A DNA stretch of 64,000 nucleotides from Malacoraja senta (taxonomy: Eukaryota): the NCBI GenBank assembly GCA_038087875.1, contig CM075989.1:7504001-7568000 (forward strand), read 5' to 3'. Positions 1-13,667 of this stretch are shown here, piece after piece. The notes below the pieces were generated by a model, which was not told the origin of the DNA, searched no databases, and saw nothing but the letters and a program-made list of their open reading frames with translations. The translations under genes and the position numbers were made by a program. Numbering within the stretch: the first letter of the stretch is position 1; every line of letters begins with the position of its first letter.

Positions 1-975
1 GCCAATGACACCACAGTGCTGGTTTAATGATGGAGAAACACGGCAGCTGATTCACACAAACAGCAATGTGAGAGTCAAGCAGGTGATCAGTAATAGTCTG
101 TGCAGTCAGTCAATGCAGGAAGTCCCTTCTCTGCTAGTTATGCCCTCGATCTTTGCACCCATTCAAGTCGCCAGACGAACCCTTGCATGGTTGGGCTGAG
201 CTGACAGCCAGCCAAGGATCTGTAGAGTTGGCAGGTGTAATCCATTTTAACAGGGGACCGGAGAGGCAACTTCTTCACACAGAGGGTGGCGGACTTGTGC
301 CAGATGTGGGTACAATTACGATGTTTAAAAAGCGCGGAAAGAAAAGGTTTGGAGGGATATGGACGAAGCACAGGCAGATGGTAGAAGCAAGGAGGTGCAG
401 ATGCTGGTTTACAAAAATGGACACAAAGTGTTGGAGTAACTCAGCGGGTCAGGCAGCATCTCTGGAGAATATGGATAGGTGAAGTTTTTGGAAGGGTCCT
501 GACCCAAAACATCACCTGTCGTTGCTCTCCAGAGATGCTGCCTGACCCACTGGGATACTCCAACACTTTGTGTCTTTTTTTACAGACAAACGGGATTACT
601 CAGGCAGGCGATTTGGTCAGCATAGAGTGGGGGGGGGGGGGGGGGGTGGGGGCGATAGACAAATTGGGCCAAAGCGTGTTTCAATACTGTAGTTATCTTG
701 TACACAAAATGGTGGAGTAACTCAGCAGATCAGGCAACATCTCTGGAGAAAACGGAATAGATGATATCTTGGGTCAGAACCTTCTTCAGACCTGCACTGG
801 AAAAAAAAATTACCTTCCACAGTCTCCAAACTTATCGTTCCCCAGCCCCGTACAGCCCATTTTTACCCTCTCCCCAGAATTCATAAGCAGAACTACTACC
901 CTGGTTAAAAAAAGTTACTTCCTACTCAATGCTGTAGAATTCTGACTCTTCAGCAAGTATCTACCGTGCAAGATA

Positions 976-2619
976 CAGTGCCCTACATATTGTTTTGGAC
1001 AATGACCCATCATTTATTTATTTGCCTCTGTACTCCACAATTTAAGATTTGTAATAGAAAAAATCACATGTGGTTAAAGTGCACATTGTCAGATTTTAAT
1101 AAAGGCCATTTTTATACATTTTGGTTTCACCATGTAGAAATTACAGCAGTGTTTATACATAGTCCCCCCATTTCAGGACACCATAATGTTTGGGACACAT
1201 CAATGTCATGTAAATGAAAGTAGTCATGTTTAGTATTTTGTTGCATATCCTTTGCATGCAATGACTGCTTGAAGTCTGCGATACATGGACATCGCCAGTT
1301 GCTGGGTGTCTTCTCTGGTGATGCTCTGCCAGGCCTGTATTGCAGCCATCTCTAGCTGATGCTTGTTTTGGGGGCTAGTCCCCCAGTTTTCTCTTCAGCA
1401 TATAAAAGGCATACTCAATTGGGTTCAGATCGGGTGATTGACTTGGCCACTCAAGAATTTACCATTTTTTAGCTTTGAAAAACTCCTTTATTGCTTTAGT
1501 GGTATGTTTGGGATCATTGTCTTGCTGTACAATGAACTGCCGGCCAATAAGTTTTGAGGCATTTGTTTGAACTTGAGCAGATAGGATGCGTCTATACACT
1601 TCAGAATTCATTATGCTACTACCATCAGCAGTTGTATCATCAATGAAGATAAGTGGGCCAGTACCTTCAGCAGCCATACACGCCCAGGCCATAACACCCC
1701 CATCACCGTGTTTCACAGATGAGGTGTTATGCTTTGGATCTTGGGCAGTTCCATGTCTCCTCCATACTTTGCTCTTGCCATCACTCATATATTCGTTAAT
1801 CTTCGTCTCATCTGTCCACAAGACCTTTTTTCCAGAACTGTGGTTGCTCTATTAAGTACTTCTTGGCAAACTGTAACCTGGCCATCCTATTTTTGCGTCT
1901 GACCAGTGGTTTGCATCTTACAGTATAGCCTCTGTATTTCTGTTCATGAAGTCTTCTGCGGACAGTGGTCATTGACAAATCCACACCTGACTCCTGAAGA
2001 ATGTTTCTGATCTGTCGGACAGGTGTTTGGGGATTTTATTTTATTATAAAGAGAATTCTTCTGTCATCAGCTGTGGAGGTCTTCCTTGGCCTGCCAGTCC
2101 CTTTGCGATTAGTAAGCTCACCAGTGTAATGATGTTCCAAACAGTTGATTTTGGTAAGCCTAAAGTTTGGCTAATGTTTCTAACAGTTTTATTCTTGTTT
2201 CTCATAATGGCTTCTTTGACTTTGATTGGCAGAACTTTGGTCCTCATGTTGATAAACATCAGTAATCGTTTCCAAATGTGATGGAAAGACTGGAGGAAAG
2301 ACTAGGTGCTGAGAGCTCTCTTATACCTGCATTAAATAGGCATTTAAACAAACCTGAACAATTACAAACGCCTGTGAATCCATGTGTCCCAAACATTATG
2401 GTGCCCTGAAATGGGGGGGGGGGGGGGGGGGACTATGTATAAACACAGCTGTAATTTCAACATGGTGAAACCAAAATGTATAAAAATACCCTTTAAAAAA
2501 ATCTGACAATGTGCACTTTAGCCACATGTGATTTGTTCTATTACAAATCTCAAATTGTGGAGTACAGAGGCAAATAAATAAATGACGGGTCTTTGTCCCA
2601 AACATTATGGAGGGCACTG
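976..2619 (-). mobile_element. Tc1/mariner DNA transposon (IR/DR type), near full length, decayed transposase
   Basis: CAGTGCCC...GGGCACTG ends with TA on both sides. About 220-bp inverted repeats with internal repeats of ATAATGTTTGGGACA. Minus-strand WTDETKIN, VKHGDGGVMAW and QQDNDPKH, broken by frameshifts. Confidence 0.95.
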
Positions 2620-3228
2620 TATCTGCTCGGGTACGAATCCTGACCAGAGACGATCTGACCCAGACCAAGCTGATGGACTTCTTCTAATGCCGGGCCCCAA
2701 TAGCCTTTGTTAGGTAGCCAGCTGTAATGTCACTGTTCCAGCAGTCCATAGAAACTTCCAACCCTCTTGTAGCAGCTGGGAACATTAAATTGAGATAAAT
2801 AAATTCAGCATACTTATAGATTCTGATATTGGCCATTCATTGTGTTGAAATCGTCGAGGGTGGAGTTTCATGCTGGATTAGTATGCAGAGGAGCAGGCAC
2901 TGAGCCAAGTACTTGAGTCTGTATCTCACCCCAACAGCTCAGAAATGACTAATTCTAATAATTAAATGTGGAATTGAAGAGGCTGTGTCTAGTAATAATA
3001 ACTAGGAAACTATGACATTGTCATAAAAACTCCATCTGGTTCATTAATTGATTTTGGGGAAAGAAAGCGATCTTTGGTACCCAGCTAACCCTGTATGTGA
3101 CTTGCAGCAATTTTGACCTCTGTGCCCACTGTGAGGAAAGCTCAGCAGGTCACTGCTTTTTAAAACAATGCCTTCTCTAAATGAATTCCATTCCGCACAT
3201 TGAGCACTGCACTGTACTGAGTACCTAG

Positions 3229-3595
3229 GGCGGCACGGTGGCACAGCGGTAGAGTTCCTGCCTTACGGTGCCAGAGACCCTGGTTCGATCCTCACAACGG
3301 GTAGACAAAAATGCTGGAGAAACTCAGCGGGTGAGGCAGCATCTATGGAGCGAACACACTGACTACGGGCAGTGTCTGTACGCAATTTGTATGTTCTCCC
3401 TGTGACCTGCGTGGGTTTTCCCCGGGTGCTCCAGTTTCGACCCACACTCCAAAGACATGCAGGATTTGACTTTGGTAAACATTGTAAATTGTCCCTAGTG
3501 TGTACGACAGTGTATTGTTAGGGGATCGTTGGTCGGCACGGACTCAGTGGGTCGAAGGACCTGTTTCCGTGTTGCACCCCTAAACTAAACTAAAT
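3229..3595 (+). mobile_element. tRNA-derived V-SINE (HE1-like), interrupted by a Penelope-like tail piece at about 3300-3355
   Basis: GGCACGGTGGCACAGCGGTAGAG head (A box), GGTTCGATCC (B box), V-domain core GGGTTTTC.CCGGGTGCTCC.GTTTC and CR1-like tail ending (TAAAC)n. Confidence 0.85.
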
Positions 3596-6500
3596 TGCTG
3601 AAAGAATTGGAATCACATCCTCCTTGCCCTCCAGCTTTTTTAATTTGAAAGTTGCATCTCAGATTTACTTTTTTTCTTTGCTGTACAGATATTTCCACAA
3701 TAATACGAAAGGTGCATTCCCGAAGAAATTTCCTGTTATAGAAAATCATGTTATTAAAAAAAAAGTTGTTGCAGTGGGGCAAAGGGGCTTAGGGACTGGT
3801 GAATTTCTGATGTGATTTTTCTTTCTCCCGCAGGATTTTACAAAAATAAAAGTATTTTTAATAGCTGTGAGCTTATTTTTGTTACTGCAAGCTAAAAATA
3901 ATAAAGGCTGTTACGTAGAGTATCATTTCACAAGTGTCAATGGAAGCAATTGTGTGTCAATTTCCCACAGTGAAACTAGCAGCTACATTGAGAGACAATG
4001 TTATTTATGGAAACAGTATTTTTACACCGAGACTTTTTTTTCCAAGACAGCTTTTTTTCTGCTTGTCAATTTCCAAAGTAGCTCTTTAGATGCCCAGTTT
4101 CTGATCGAAATTGCATCATGGTTAACTTGGCTCACGTAAGATAAATCATAATCCCTAATTCATCAGTTGTGTAAATGTTTAGTTTAGTTTAGAGATACAG
4201 CGCGGAAACAGGCACTTCGCCCAACAGGTCCACGCCGAGCAGTGATCCACGCATATTAACACTATCCTACATACATTAGGGACAATTTTCACATTTACCA
4301 AGCCTAGATTTGCCTACAAACCTGTACGTCTTTGGAGTGTGGGAGGAAACCGAAGATCTTGGAGAAAACTTACGCAGGTCACGGGGAGAAGGTACAAACT
4401 CCGTACAGTCAGCACCCGTAGTCAGGATCGAACCTGGGTCTCTTGGGGATAGCTAAGGTAGAAAGTGAGATTATATTTCTTTCCACAGGTTGTGAGGGGA
4501 GGGGGGGGGGGTGTCTAAAACAAGACAGCATAGATGCGAGGTGAGAGATAGAAGGTTAGTGGGGATCTGAGGAGAGATTTATTGCACAGAATGATTTGAG
4601 TTCGGAATGCCATGCTTAGGTAAATATTCCAGGAATATTGAATTGATCCCACAACCCATAGTTGTCGAATGGATCCCTTCACTCCCCCGTCCCTGTTGAA
4701 TTGGTAGATGTTAATGTTTACTTTTATTGGAATTCCTGATTTGCGCCAAATATTTTGGGGAGCAAAAATATTTTTCCTTTTATTTCCCCCCTCCCACCCT
4801 CCCTCACCCAGTACTTTTTGAACAACTTTTTAATGTGGAAAATAAATTATTTAAGATGAATAAAAATATAATTTTGGAAACTGAATATAATCTATGCATT
4901 TTGTATCTATTGGGAACTGGCATTTTTAATCTATTTTAAGCTACTCGATAGTCTCATAAAGAAGTGACTATAATCACAATTTGCTGTTGTGATGGTTTTG
5001 ATTTGAATTGTAATTTTGTAATTTTTTAAAACATTAGGGATACTTGAAATTGTTTGAAAATATAGCCATCTGCTTGTGGCATATTCTGACGCTGTTCCTT
5101 GATGGGAACTTCAGAATCAAAGATATTGATGTTGATTCACCTACCTGGGTATGGGGAGCGCTGGAGAAGGCATCCAATGTCACCAATCTATTATTATTAT
5201 TATTACTAAACCACTGAGAATCGCGCCTGGCCACATTCAAAGCTGACTCAGACTCTTGTTTCCTGTTGTATCGCACAGCAGGCTAGCGTTCTTCCTTCAG
5301 GCAATGAATTCACTATCTAAGCGAGCACAATGGAACGCCAGGGTCACACTGCCAGTCATTTGCAACAGTTTTTCGAAGGAAGTCCTCTCTGTAATTGAAC
5401 AAGGGCCAGCTCCATCATTGCATTAGAACCTGGCTGTGGTGCGTCACATAAGCAATGAGGGAAGTCTGACGCAGCAGAGAACTCGTATATGTAGAAATTA
5501 ACTGCAGATGCTGGTTTAAACCGAAGATAGACACAAAAAGCTGGAGTAACTTAGGCAGCATCTTGGAGAGAAGGAATGGGTGACGTTTCAGTCTTAAGAA
5601 GCGTCTCAACCCGAAACGGCACCCATTCCTTCTCTCCAGAGATGCTGCCCGTCCCGCTGAGTTACGCCAGCATTTTGTGTCGAGCAGCAGAGAACTCTCC
5701 TTCCTCTGCACACAATGCTGCACACTGTGTCATTCAATAATTCTTGCCTTTGCTCCACGAGCTGCATTTATACTGCTTCTTGTTCCACATGGGGTGGTGA
5801 AAATAAATCCAATTTGTTTTGCAAAGTTGGCTTGTGAAATATTTAATTGCATCCTCACCGTGTCCCAAATGATTTGTTGCCACTCACTTGATAAAGTCAT
5901 TGTTGTAAATGCAGTTATAAATTTATGCCTACAGTATAAAGATCACAGAGATAATAATAGATAGCATATTAACAACCAAGTTCTAAAACAGCCTGCTCTC
6001 ATGTTAAGTGACTATAATGGGAGCTTCTCAGGTCCAGCTACACCACTTGGAAAGGCAGATAGACATTTGGTTTAATGTTAGATGGTGTGGAATCTGCCTC
6101 CAGCAGTAGTGTTAATAAAGTACCTTCCTGGTAAAACCTGGAATGGAATTCAAATGTGGAATACTTTCAATAATCTGTAAATTTGGATGTCATGGTAGTG
6201 CATTTTGTACGGTTGCTGCCTCACAGCTCCAGAGACTCGAGTTCCTTCCTGACCTTGGGTGCTGTCCATGTGGAACTTGCACCTTTTCCCTGTGACTGTT
6301 TGTTTCCTCCGGGTGCTCTGATTTCCTCTTACAACCCAAAGATATGTGGGTTGATAGGTCAATGGTTAATGGGTCACTGTAGACTGTCCCTAATATGTCA
6401 CTGAGTAGCGTGTATCGGGGTAGTTACTGTGATGTGGGGGGAACTGGTGTAGGATTAGTGTAAGTGGGTGGCTTGATGGTTGGAATAGACTCAGTTGGAA

Positions 6501-7379
6501 AAGGCCTGTTTCCGAGCTCTCTCTATGACTTGAAACAGAATCCTGTTCCGATTGGAATGAAAGACTTTCATTTCTCTGAGATCATTCATGACACTTCAAA
6601 TGGCTTCAAAACTTTTGAAGTAAAGTCAGTAACATAACGCAGAATAAGAGCACAGTTTGTGCACAACAAGCTTCCTCGGGCATTATGGTGACCGGTTTGG
6701 AAGTGTTAAATTCAAGAGAAGTATTGATCAGAACACAATGGAATACATACTAAAAAACACACAGGCAAAATTCTGGAAATACTCAGTACATCAGGCAGCA
6801 TCTGTGGAAAGAAAAAAATAGTTTGGATTAAAAGCATACATAAACACTGAACAGTACAGCATAGGAACAGCCCCATCAGCCCACAATGTCTGTGCCAAAC
6901 ATGATTCCCAATTAAACTAATCTCCTCGACCTGCACATGATACATACATATCCCTCCATTCCCTGCAAATCTATGTGCCAATTTAAAGGTCTCTTAACTG
7001 CCACATTCACATCTGCTTCCATCACTCCCCTGGCCATTAACGGTATACATTCTCGTTACATTCAACTTCCCAAAGTGCAACGTCTCATACTTGCTTGGAT
7101 TAAACTCCACCTGCCATTTCTCTATCCATTTCTTTAGCTAATCTACATCCCGCTGTATACTTTGATCGCCTTCTTCACTGTCCGCAACTCCACCAGAAAC
7201 TTGCCAACCAAACCCAGCTACATTGATGCCCAAGTTGTTTATGTATATAACAAATAATGGAGGTCCCAGCACAGATCCATGTGGAATGCCTCATCAAATG
7301 CCTCTGCCCATTTGGGCAACATCTGCTCGTCAATGACTCCTTCGCACAAATGCATTGCTTTTAATCACTGTTGCTTGTC

Positions 7380-8150
7380 ATCGATATTCATATTTTGGAT
7401 GACAATGAAGAAGGTTATCTAAGATTGTAACAGGATCGAGATGAAGTGAGCCAAGGAATAGAAGATAGCGTTTAACGTTGACATGCGCTGTTAAGTTAAA
7501 CCAGGGCAGGACTTGCACAGTAAATGGTCGTGCTTTGGGGAGTGTCATCAAACAGTGTGATCTCAGGGTGCAGGGAAATTGTATCATGAAAGTGACTACT
7601 TGGGTGTACAGGGTGTTGAAGAAAATGGTTGACATCAGTCAGAGCATTGGGCGCAGGAGATGGGACTGTAGGAAGGATGACATTAAGCTGGAATGGGTGC
7701 AGGAAAGATCACAAGGCTCTTATTGGGATTGAAGGGCTTGAGCAACAGTGAGAGGCTGGATAGCTGGGGACTTTTCCCCTGGAGTGAAGAGGTTGAGGTT
7801 TGACCATGTCGAGCTACATAAAAGCATGGATAAGGTGGATGGTCACAGTCTTATTCTAGTGTTAGGGAGGTCCACAATTTTCGGGCATAAATTTAAGGTG
7901 AGAGCAGAAAAATTCAAAAGTGAATTTTGACGAGGGGCAACATTTTCCATTCAGAGGTGATGGGTACATGGAACGAGCTGGCGGAGGAAGATGTGGAAGC
8001 AGGTACAATTTAAAAAAGACATTTGGACAGATTCATGGAGAGAAACATTTTGAGGATGTGTGCCAAATGCAAGTAAATAAAACTAGCTCAGATGGACATC
8101 TTGATCGGTGTGGGCCAAAGGGCCTACTACCAGCTGTATGTCTGACATCA
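7380..8150 (+). mobile_element. Old degenerate CR1 LINE fragment
   Basis: Decayed ORF2 end (GRT.TVNGRALGSV..Q.DL.V; GH.FKVR...FK) and CR1-type tail. Confidence 0.7.
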
Positions 8151-8393
8151 TGAATCAATGCAGGCCCTGTTTACCCATTCTTCTGTTGGTTTTATTGCAC
8201 CTGCCTATGTTTGCTTCCCATTGATCGTGTTCACAGTACATTGACCAAAATGGGCCACTCTTTGATGTGCTGTCGTAATCCAGTTATTGGTGACGGACTG
8301 TGGCGGCTTTGTTGTTCTCTCCTTGATGGTTTAGACATGAGGATTCAAATGTTTGCATTAAAGTGGGTGAAATGCAGAACAAAATATTTTGTT

Positions 8394-8599
8394 TAGGAAG
8401 GAACTGCAGATGCTGGTTTAAACTGAAAATAGACACAAAATGCTGGAGTAACTCAGCGGGACAGGCAGCATCTCTGGAGAGAAGGAGTGGGTGACGTTTC
8501 GGGTCGAGACCCTTCTACAGTCTGAAGAAGAGTCTCGACCCAAAACGTTACCCATTCCTTCTCTCCAGAGATGCTGCCTGTCCCGCTGAGTTACTCCAT
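8394..8599. mobile_element. Fold-back (palindromic) Penelope-like terminal element, representative of about 20 copies
   Basis: Arms TGGAGTAACTCAGCGGGACAGGCAGCATCTCTGGAGAGAAGGA... and their reverse complement. 13-bp target duplication AAAATATTTTGTT (8381-8393, 8600-8612). Confidence 0.8.
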
Positions 8600-8779
8600 A
8601 AAATATTTTGTTCTGTGGCTGCCTGATTCACTATTTTTCTCCTAATCACATTAGTCTCCAAATGCTCGTCTCACAGGTTGTGATTTCTCTAATTTTCTAC
8701 TATCATTAATAAAATACATTAATAAGAAGACATGGGAATGAATTAAGAAGTTTAATGCTGACATTTTATTTTATTTCAG

Positions 8780-8913
8780 AATGTGGCCAGTTATCTAACG
8801 CATCGTTGGCTGATGAGTGCAGTTCATCGATGCCCGTGGCTGATGATCCCCTCTGTCACTCCGATGGACAGGTCAGTAACAGGACTGTGGAGACGGAGGA
8901 TCTGCTCACAAAG
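8780..8913 (+). CDS. AKAP13: AKAP13 coding exon, 134 nt, phase 1 to 0: (x)CGQLSNASLADECSSSMPVADDPLCHSDGQVSNRTVETEDLLTK
   Basis: T-rich tract plus ttcag acceptor, AAG|gtagag donor, open frame, and phase 0 fits the next exon. Sequence conservation is weak (low-complexity region). Confidence 0.7.
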
Positions 8914-9042
8914 GTAGAGTGAAGTTCCTTTAGCAGCGGCTGTTCCTTCTTGTTTTATGTGTTGTTGTCAGCAACAACTAAAGTGAGTTGGACTAGACTA
9001 CATCCCTGTATGGTACAGATTGTTTCCTCTCTAGTATCCTTT

Positions 9043-9340
9043 GCGCAGCGGTAGAGCTGCTGCCTTACAGTGCCAGAGACCAGGGTTCGATCCTAACTAT
9101 GGGTGCTGCCTGTACAGATTTTGTACATTCTCCACGTGACCACGTGGGTTTTCTCCGGGTGCTCTGGTTTCCTCCCACATTCCAAAGGCAAACAGGTTTG
9201 TAGGCTAATTGGTTTCGGTAAAAGTTGTCAATATCCCTCGTGTGTAGGATAGTGTTAGTGGTACGGTGATCGCTGGTTGGTGCAGACTCGGTGGGCCGAA
9301 GGGCCTGTTTCCGCACAGTATCTCTAAACTAATCTAATCC
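9043..9340 (+). mobile_element. V-SINE (HE1-like)
   Basis: Same head, core and tail. Further + copies at about 6195-6530, 23470-23762, 55190-55495 and 57268-57605. Confidence 0.85.
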
Positions 9341-12300
9341 TAATGTCTGTTTAATGTTGCACAGATTCAAGTCATCCTCCGACACTGCCATTGGGTGAGG
9401 TGTTAGATGGTCACTCCTGAGTTGCACAACCCATCACTAATTTATCTGATTTACTTTTATTTCTCTCATTTCTTTCCTATTCTTTCAGGGGATGTGGACA
9501 TCATTGGCAATGCCCGCATTTATTATGCATCCCGAATGTCCCCACAACCAATAGCTTAAGTCAGCCTTGGTGGGTCTGGCGTCACAATAGTTACATTCTA
9601 CTTGCAGGATTTTCATGAGCCACATAGCTTTTTGCCATCAGCAAATGTGTTTAATTGCTTGAATTTAGATTCCCTGCTGTCACTGTGGGATATACTGTAG
9701 TCTCATATCTTTGGAGGAATGGTCCAGAACTCAGCTTACGAATTTACACAGTAGCCAATGATGTTAATGCATTATCATTAGGAGGAAGATTTGGCCCAGA
9801 GTGTAGCCCTATCTCTGGTCACAGTCATTTAGCCCATCCTACATGTAGTGAACTCCAACTTGCCACATTAATCTTGTTTATTGCCTGTGGATCCTAGTGA
9901 TTTATTATTTTCCGCTAAATTCAATGAACTTGTAAAAATGTTAGCTTGGTGTCACGAGCCACTCCCATTTTAGTCTTCAAGTTGTATGATACACTGTGAT
10001 GTACATCTTGACCTAGTTTAATTTATGAATGAATAAATAGTGTGATTTAACCACACTTGGAAACCCAGGGAGCCTACCTCGCCCAAGAAAGCACTCATCC
10101 TGTACTGTAGTTGAAGCTTCGCACTATTTGTGCTCTGTTGGTCAGAAATGGTGGAGTTAGTGTCCAATTCCACTTTTTTGCTATTTTAATTATTGTGAGG
10201 TTGTTTTCCCCCCCATCAATTTGCAGCATTGGGCTTTGTTCTCATCATAATTAAATGGAAATGTGAAGTTATCCGTCTTCTGGTTTACATCCAAGGATTC
10301 TTGCAGGAAATGTCAGTCGGTTGAGGGTGTGGTCAAAATGCGAAATGGAAGCAGCTATTGTGAGCTAATGTAAAGCTGGGTAGCAAATGGTTTGGTTTCC
10401 TGATGATATCATCTTTGTTTAAGGCTGGACGTTCACAGGCTCTGTGTGTAGGGTACGGCATTTGTGTGGAGGTTATGGGGCCCACCCATGTCAGTGAGCT
10501 GGAGAGAATGGATTCATTTCATGAACTAGCTGGCTAGTGGGCACAGGGTGTTCCAACATGGTGTGCAAGTCCCGGGCGATTTGTTGACGCTTCAACATTG
10601 GGAAATCACTGAGCGGAGTACAGCTGCTCTCCAGGGTTTGGCTCTTTGTATTTGAGAATTAAATTCATGGCTTCAATCAACCAACAGAAGTGCCACTGAA
10701 AATCTGTCTCTGAACTTTAGGGGAGAGGCAGGAAATCATAGGTATGAATTCTACAACCCCTTGTTATCATAGTTGTAACTGTGAACTATTCCTGCCGTTT
10801 ACGCCATGTGGAAAGGTTGGTAACAAAAGGCACGTTTTGAGTGATTTGTTTGAGACCAATTAAATATTTGTGTCCAAAGTCCAGGAGCTGCTATTTGTAT
10901 AATGTGTTTGGTAAAGTTTCAGATGCCTTCAAAGATTTGACTTCGCATTCAGGTAGAGAATTTAAACTCTATTTTCTAGAAGTAATATGTTTAGAAATTG
11001 CTGGTGTATCAACTATGGGCCTTCTGTCTTCAAAGTGAAGGTTGTTTAGTTTCAAGTCCTTTTGTTCCTTATCTGCTCTTCTATGTTGTCTGAGCGTAAC
11101 CAACTGAAAAATGTGCAAAGATTAATCCGCGCTGCATTTTTGTGTTTGCACTTGGTATTAATAGTTTAGCTTGTCGTTCCACCATAGAAGGAAAATAAGT
11201 CTGTTACCATTCCCATGGCACTGTTCGACCAAAACGAAGGAGGTTGCACAGTTGTCTTGGTGAAAATGTTTCCCCTGTCAGTTCTACCAGATTAACTGGT
11301 TGCCTGTTTAATTGCTGTTTATAGGAATTTGCTGGCAGGCTTCCCGACAATATAACTGTATAAATGCATTCCAGAAAGTAACTGATCCAGGAAAGTGAAC
11401 ATAAATGAGAGAATTATTGTCCTGATGTTGCCTTAAACAGTGTGTTTAGCCTTTTTCCTGCATTATAGAATGACAATGTTGTGAGAAGAAATGTGTTAAT
11501 TACTGTTATGGGGACATTAAAGGAGTGTTCAAAAGTACAACAAAAGCACTTTGGCAGAATTCCAGAGATTGCTGCTTTAATAACCCATTTATTTTGAATC
11601 TCCTGTTAGCGGTGAAGGGGGTGGGAGGTGGAACAATAGGTCTTCTTGAAGCTTCGACCCAATAACCAAGGAGTCCCGGATCTCAATCACTAAAGAGCAT
11701 TTCCCTGCACCACCTATCCATACCCTTCTCCTACTTTAGGTCTTAAAACTTACCTGATAGATCAAGCAGTTTTCTGAGTCTCCCCTCCCAATGTCAACAT
11801 GGCTTCAGGCATTACTGTATTTGATTACACACCAGCCTCAAGGGCCTTGGGAGGTTTATTGACATTCAAGGTGCACGACAGAGGCGATTTGTCGTTATCA
11901 AGACACGTAGAAGGCCGTTCAGTGTTTCATTCAGCTACTCGGTCTGCCGTTCCAGTGGCACCGCAGTTGGTACTGTTTACCTCGCATCTCCGGTGATTCA
12001 GGTTCAATCCCAACCTCGGATACTGTCCGTGCGGAGGCCACACATCCTCCCTGCCGCCATGTCGTTTTTTTCTTCTGCAACGCCTTTGGTTTCTTCCCAC
12101 ATCCCGAAGGCATGCTGATAGATTGACTGTAGTTAGTTGTAGGTGAGTGGCAGAAGCACTGGAAAGAATGTTGATGGGTCTGTTGCAGGAATACCAGAAA
12201 AATAAAAAGAGGACACAAAAAGCTGGAGTAACTCAGTGGGACAGGCTGCATAACCAGCATCTGCAGTTCCTTTCTACGCAAATAGAAAGAGGAATTGGGG

Positions 12301-13667
12301 GATGTGATTGTTTTTGTTTTTAGTGGACAGGATGGGCCCAGGAAGTTTCTACAATTCAATGTTCCCCTAATACTGGCCCCTTGTTTATCACTGAATTGCT
12401 CAATTGGTGGTTGTGGCCTCAGAGGGAAGGGGGGGGAGGGGGAATGTAATAGGTGCCTGAGGGGCAACGTTTTCACTCAGATGTTGGTGCGTATATGGAA
12501 TGAGCTGCCAGAGGATGTAGTTGAGGGAGGTACAATAACAATATTTAAAAGACATTTGCACAGGTACATGGATAGGAAAAGTTTAGAAGATAAGTGGGAT
12601 TGATGTAGATGGGGTTCCTTGGTTGGCATGGGCAAGTTGGGTCGAAGTGTCTTTTTCCATGCACTATGACTCATCGTAGTCCACTTCTTCAATACTGGCC
12701 ATTGTAGATCACCCTAAACTTACCAACCGGCATGTCTTTGAGAGGAAACCCATGTGGGAAGACGTGCAAACACCACACAGACGACACCTGAGAGCAGGAT
12801 TGAACCTGCTTCACTGGATCTGTGGAGTGCCATTCTGGGACACATCTCATCTACATCTCTCCTTAAACGTTCTCCAGAAATCTTTGCTTGTGAGGTGCCG
12901 GTTGAAACTTTCACTGTTGAATCACAGCAGGGTGATCAGATTGTCCTGTGGAATTTGAACCGGCGAGCCTTTTCCAAGAACAAAATCACGTTATTTTTTA
13001 TCATGAGCAGAAAAAGAAACAAAACCAAACGGCCGGGCTCCTCTCACGTGGGAACACATTGAAGGCTGAGGCAAAGATTTTCCTGAAAGCGCGTTGGATA
13101 AATTAACAATGCAGATGTTGAGTTGGCTGCTGCCTTAGAAAATTACCACATTACTACCCAGAAATATTTCAGACACAGCAATTCCACAATCTGTTCCTCG
13201 ATTCCATTAGTGGCAGGCTTTAAATTCTGTTCTTTATTTTTTATTTTTATTTATTTTTTTGGGATTTGATCAGGAGTTCATATGGCAAGCTTTTATTTTC
13301 ACAAAGATGATTCCTCAACTAATGCTGGGAGAAATTACTCCTGTCAGCACAAGCCTGCTACTATTAAAGAAACTGAGTAACGTCGACTCTGGGAGTCTGA
13401 ACCGAGAAGATAATGTTGGAAATAGTGGGTTTGGCAGTACTTGAAGGGAGAAAATGATTCAGCTAGATGACCTTTCATCACATCTCATCTCAAATCGACC
13501 ATAACGTAGGGACAACACATTGGTACGAAGCATTATGACCATGTGGCTTTTCCCCAGGTGCTCCAGTTTCTTCCCTCAGGCATGCTGGTAGGTTTGCTTG
13601 GCTGATGTAAATTGCCTCTCAACGTGTATTGATTGCAAAAAGAATCAAAGGGAAATTAATATCACAT

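Noticed and set aside
628..653. Poly-G and poly-C tracts (also near 2413, 4495, 18940, 23918, 30446, 61180) as functional G-quadruplexes
   Set aside because: Simple homopolymers, several inside repeats; no evidence of function, and lengths may be sequencing-dependent.
3229..3300. tRNA genes at A-box/B-box matches
   Set aside because: All are SINE heads that continue into the V-domain and LINE tail; no complete cloverleaf.
4118..4141. Possible first exon MVNLAH|gtaaga
   Set aside because: Phase 0 is incompatible with the next exon (8780, phase 1), and it is too short to support.
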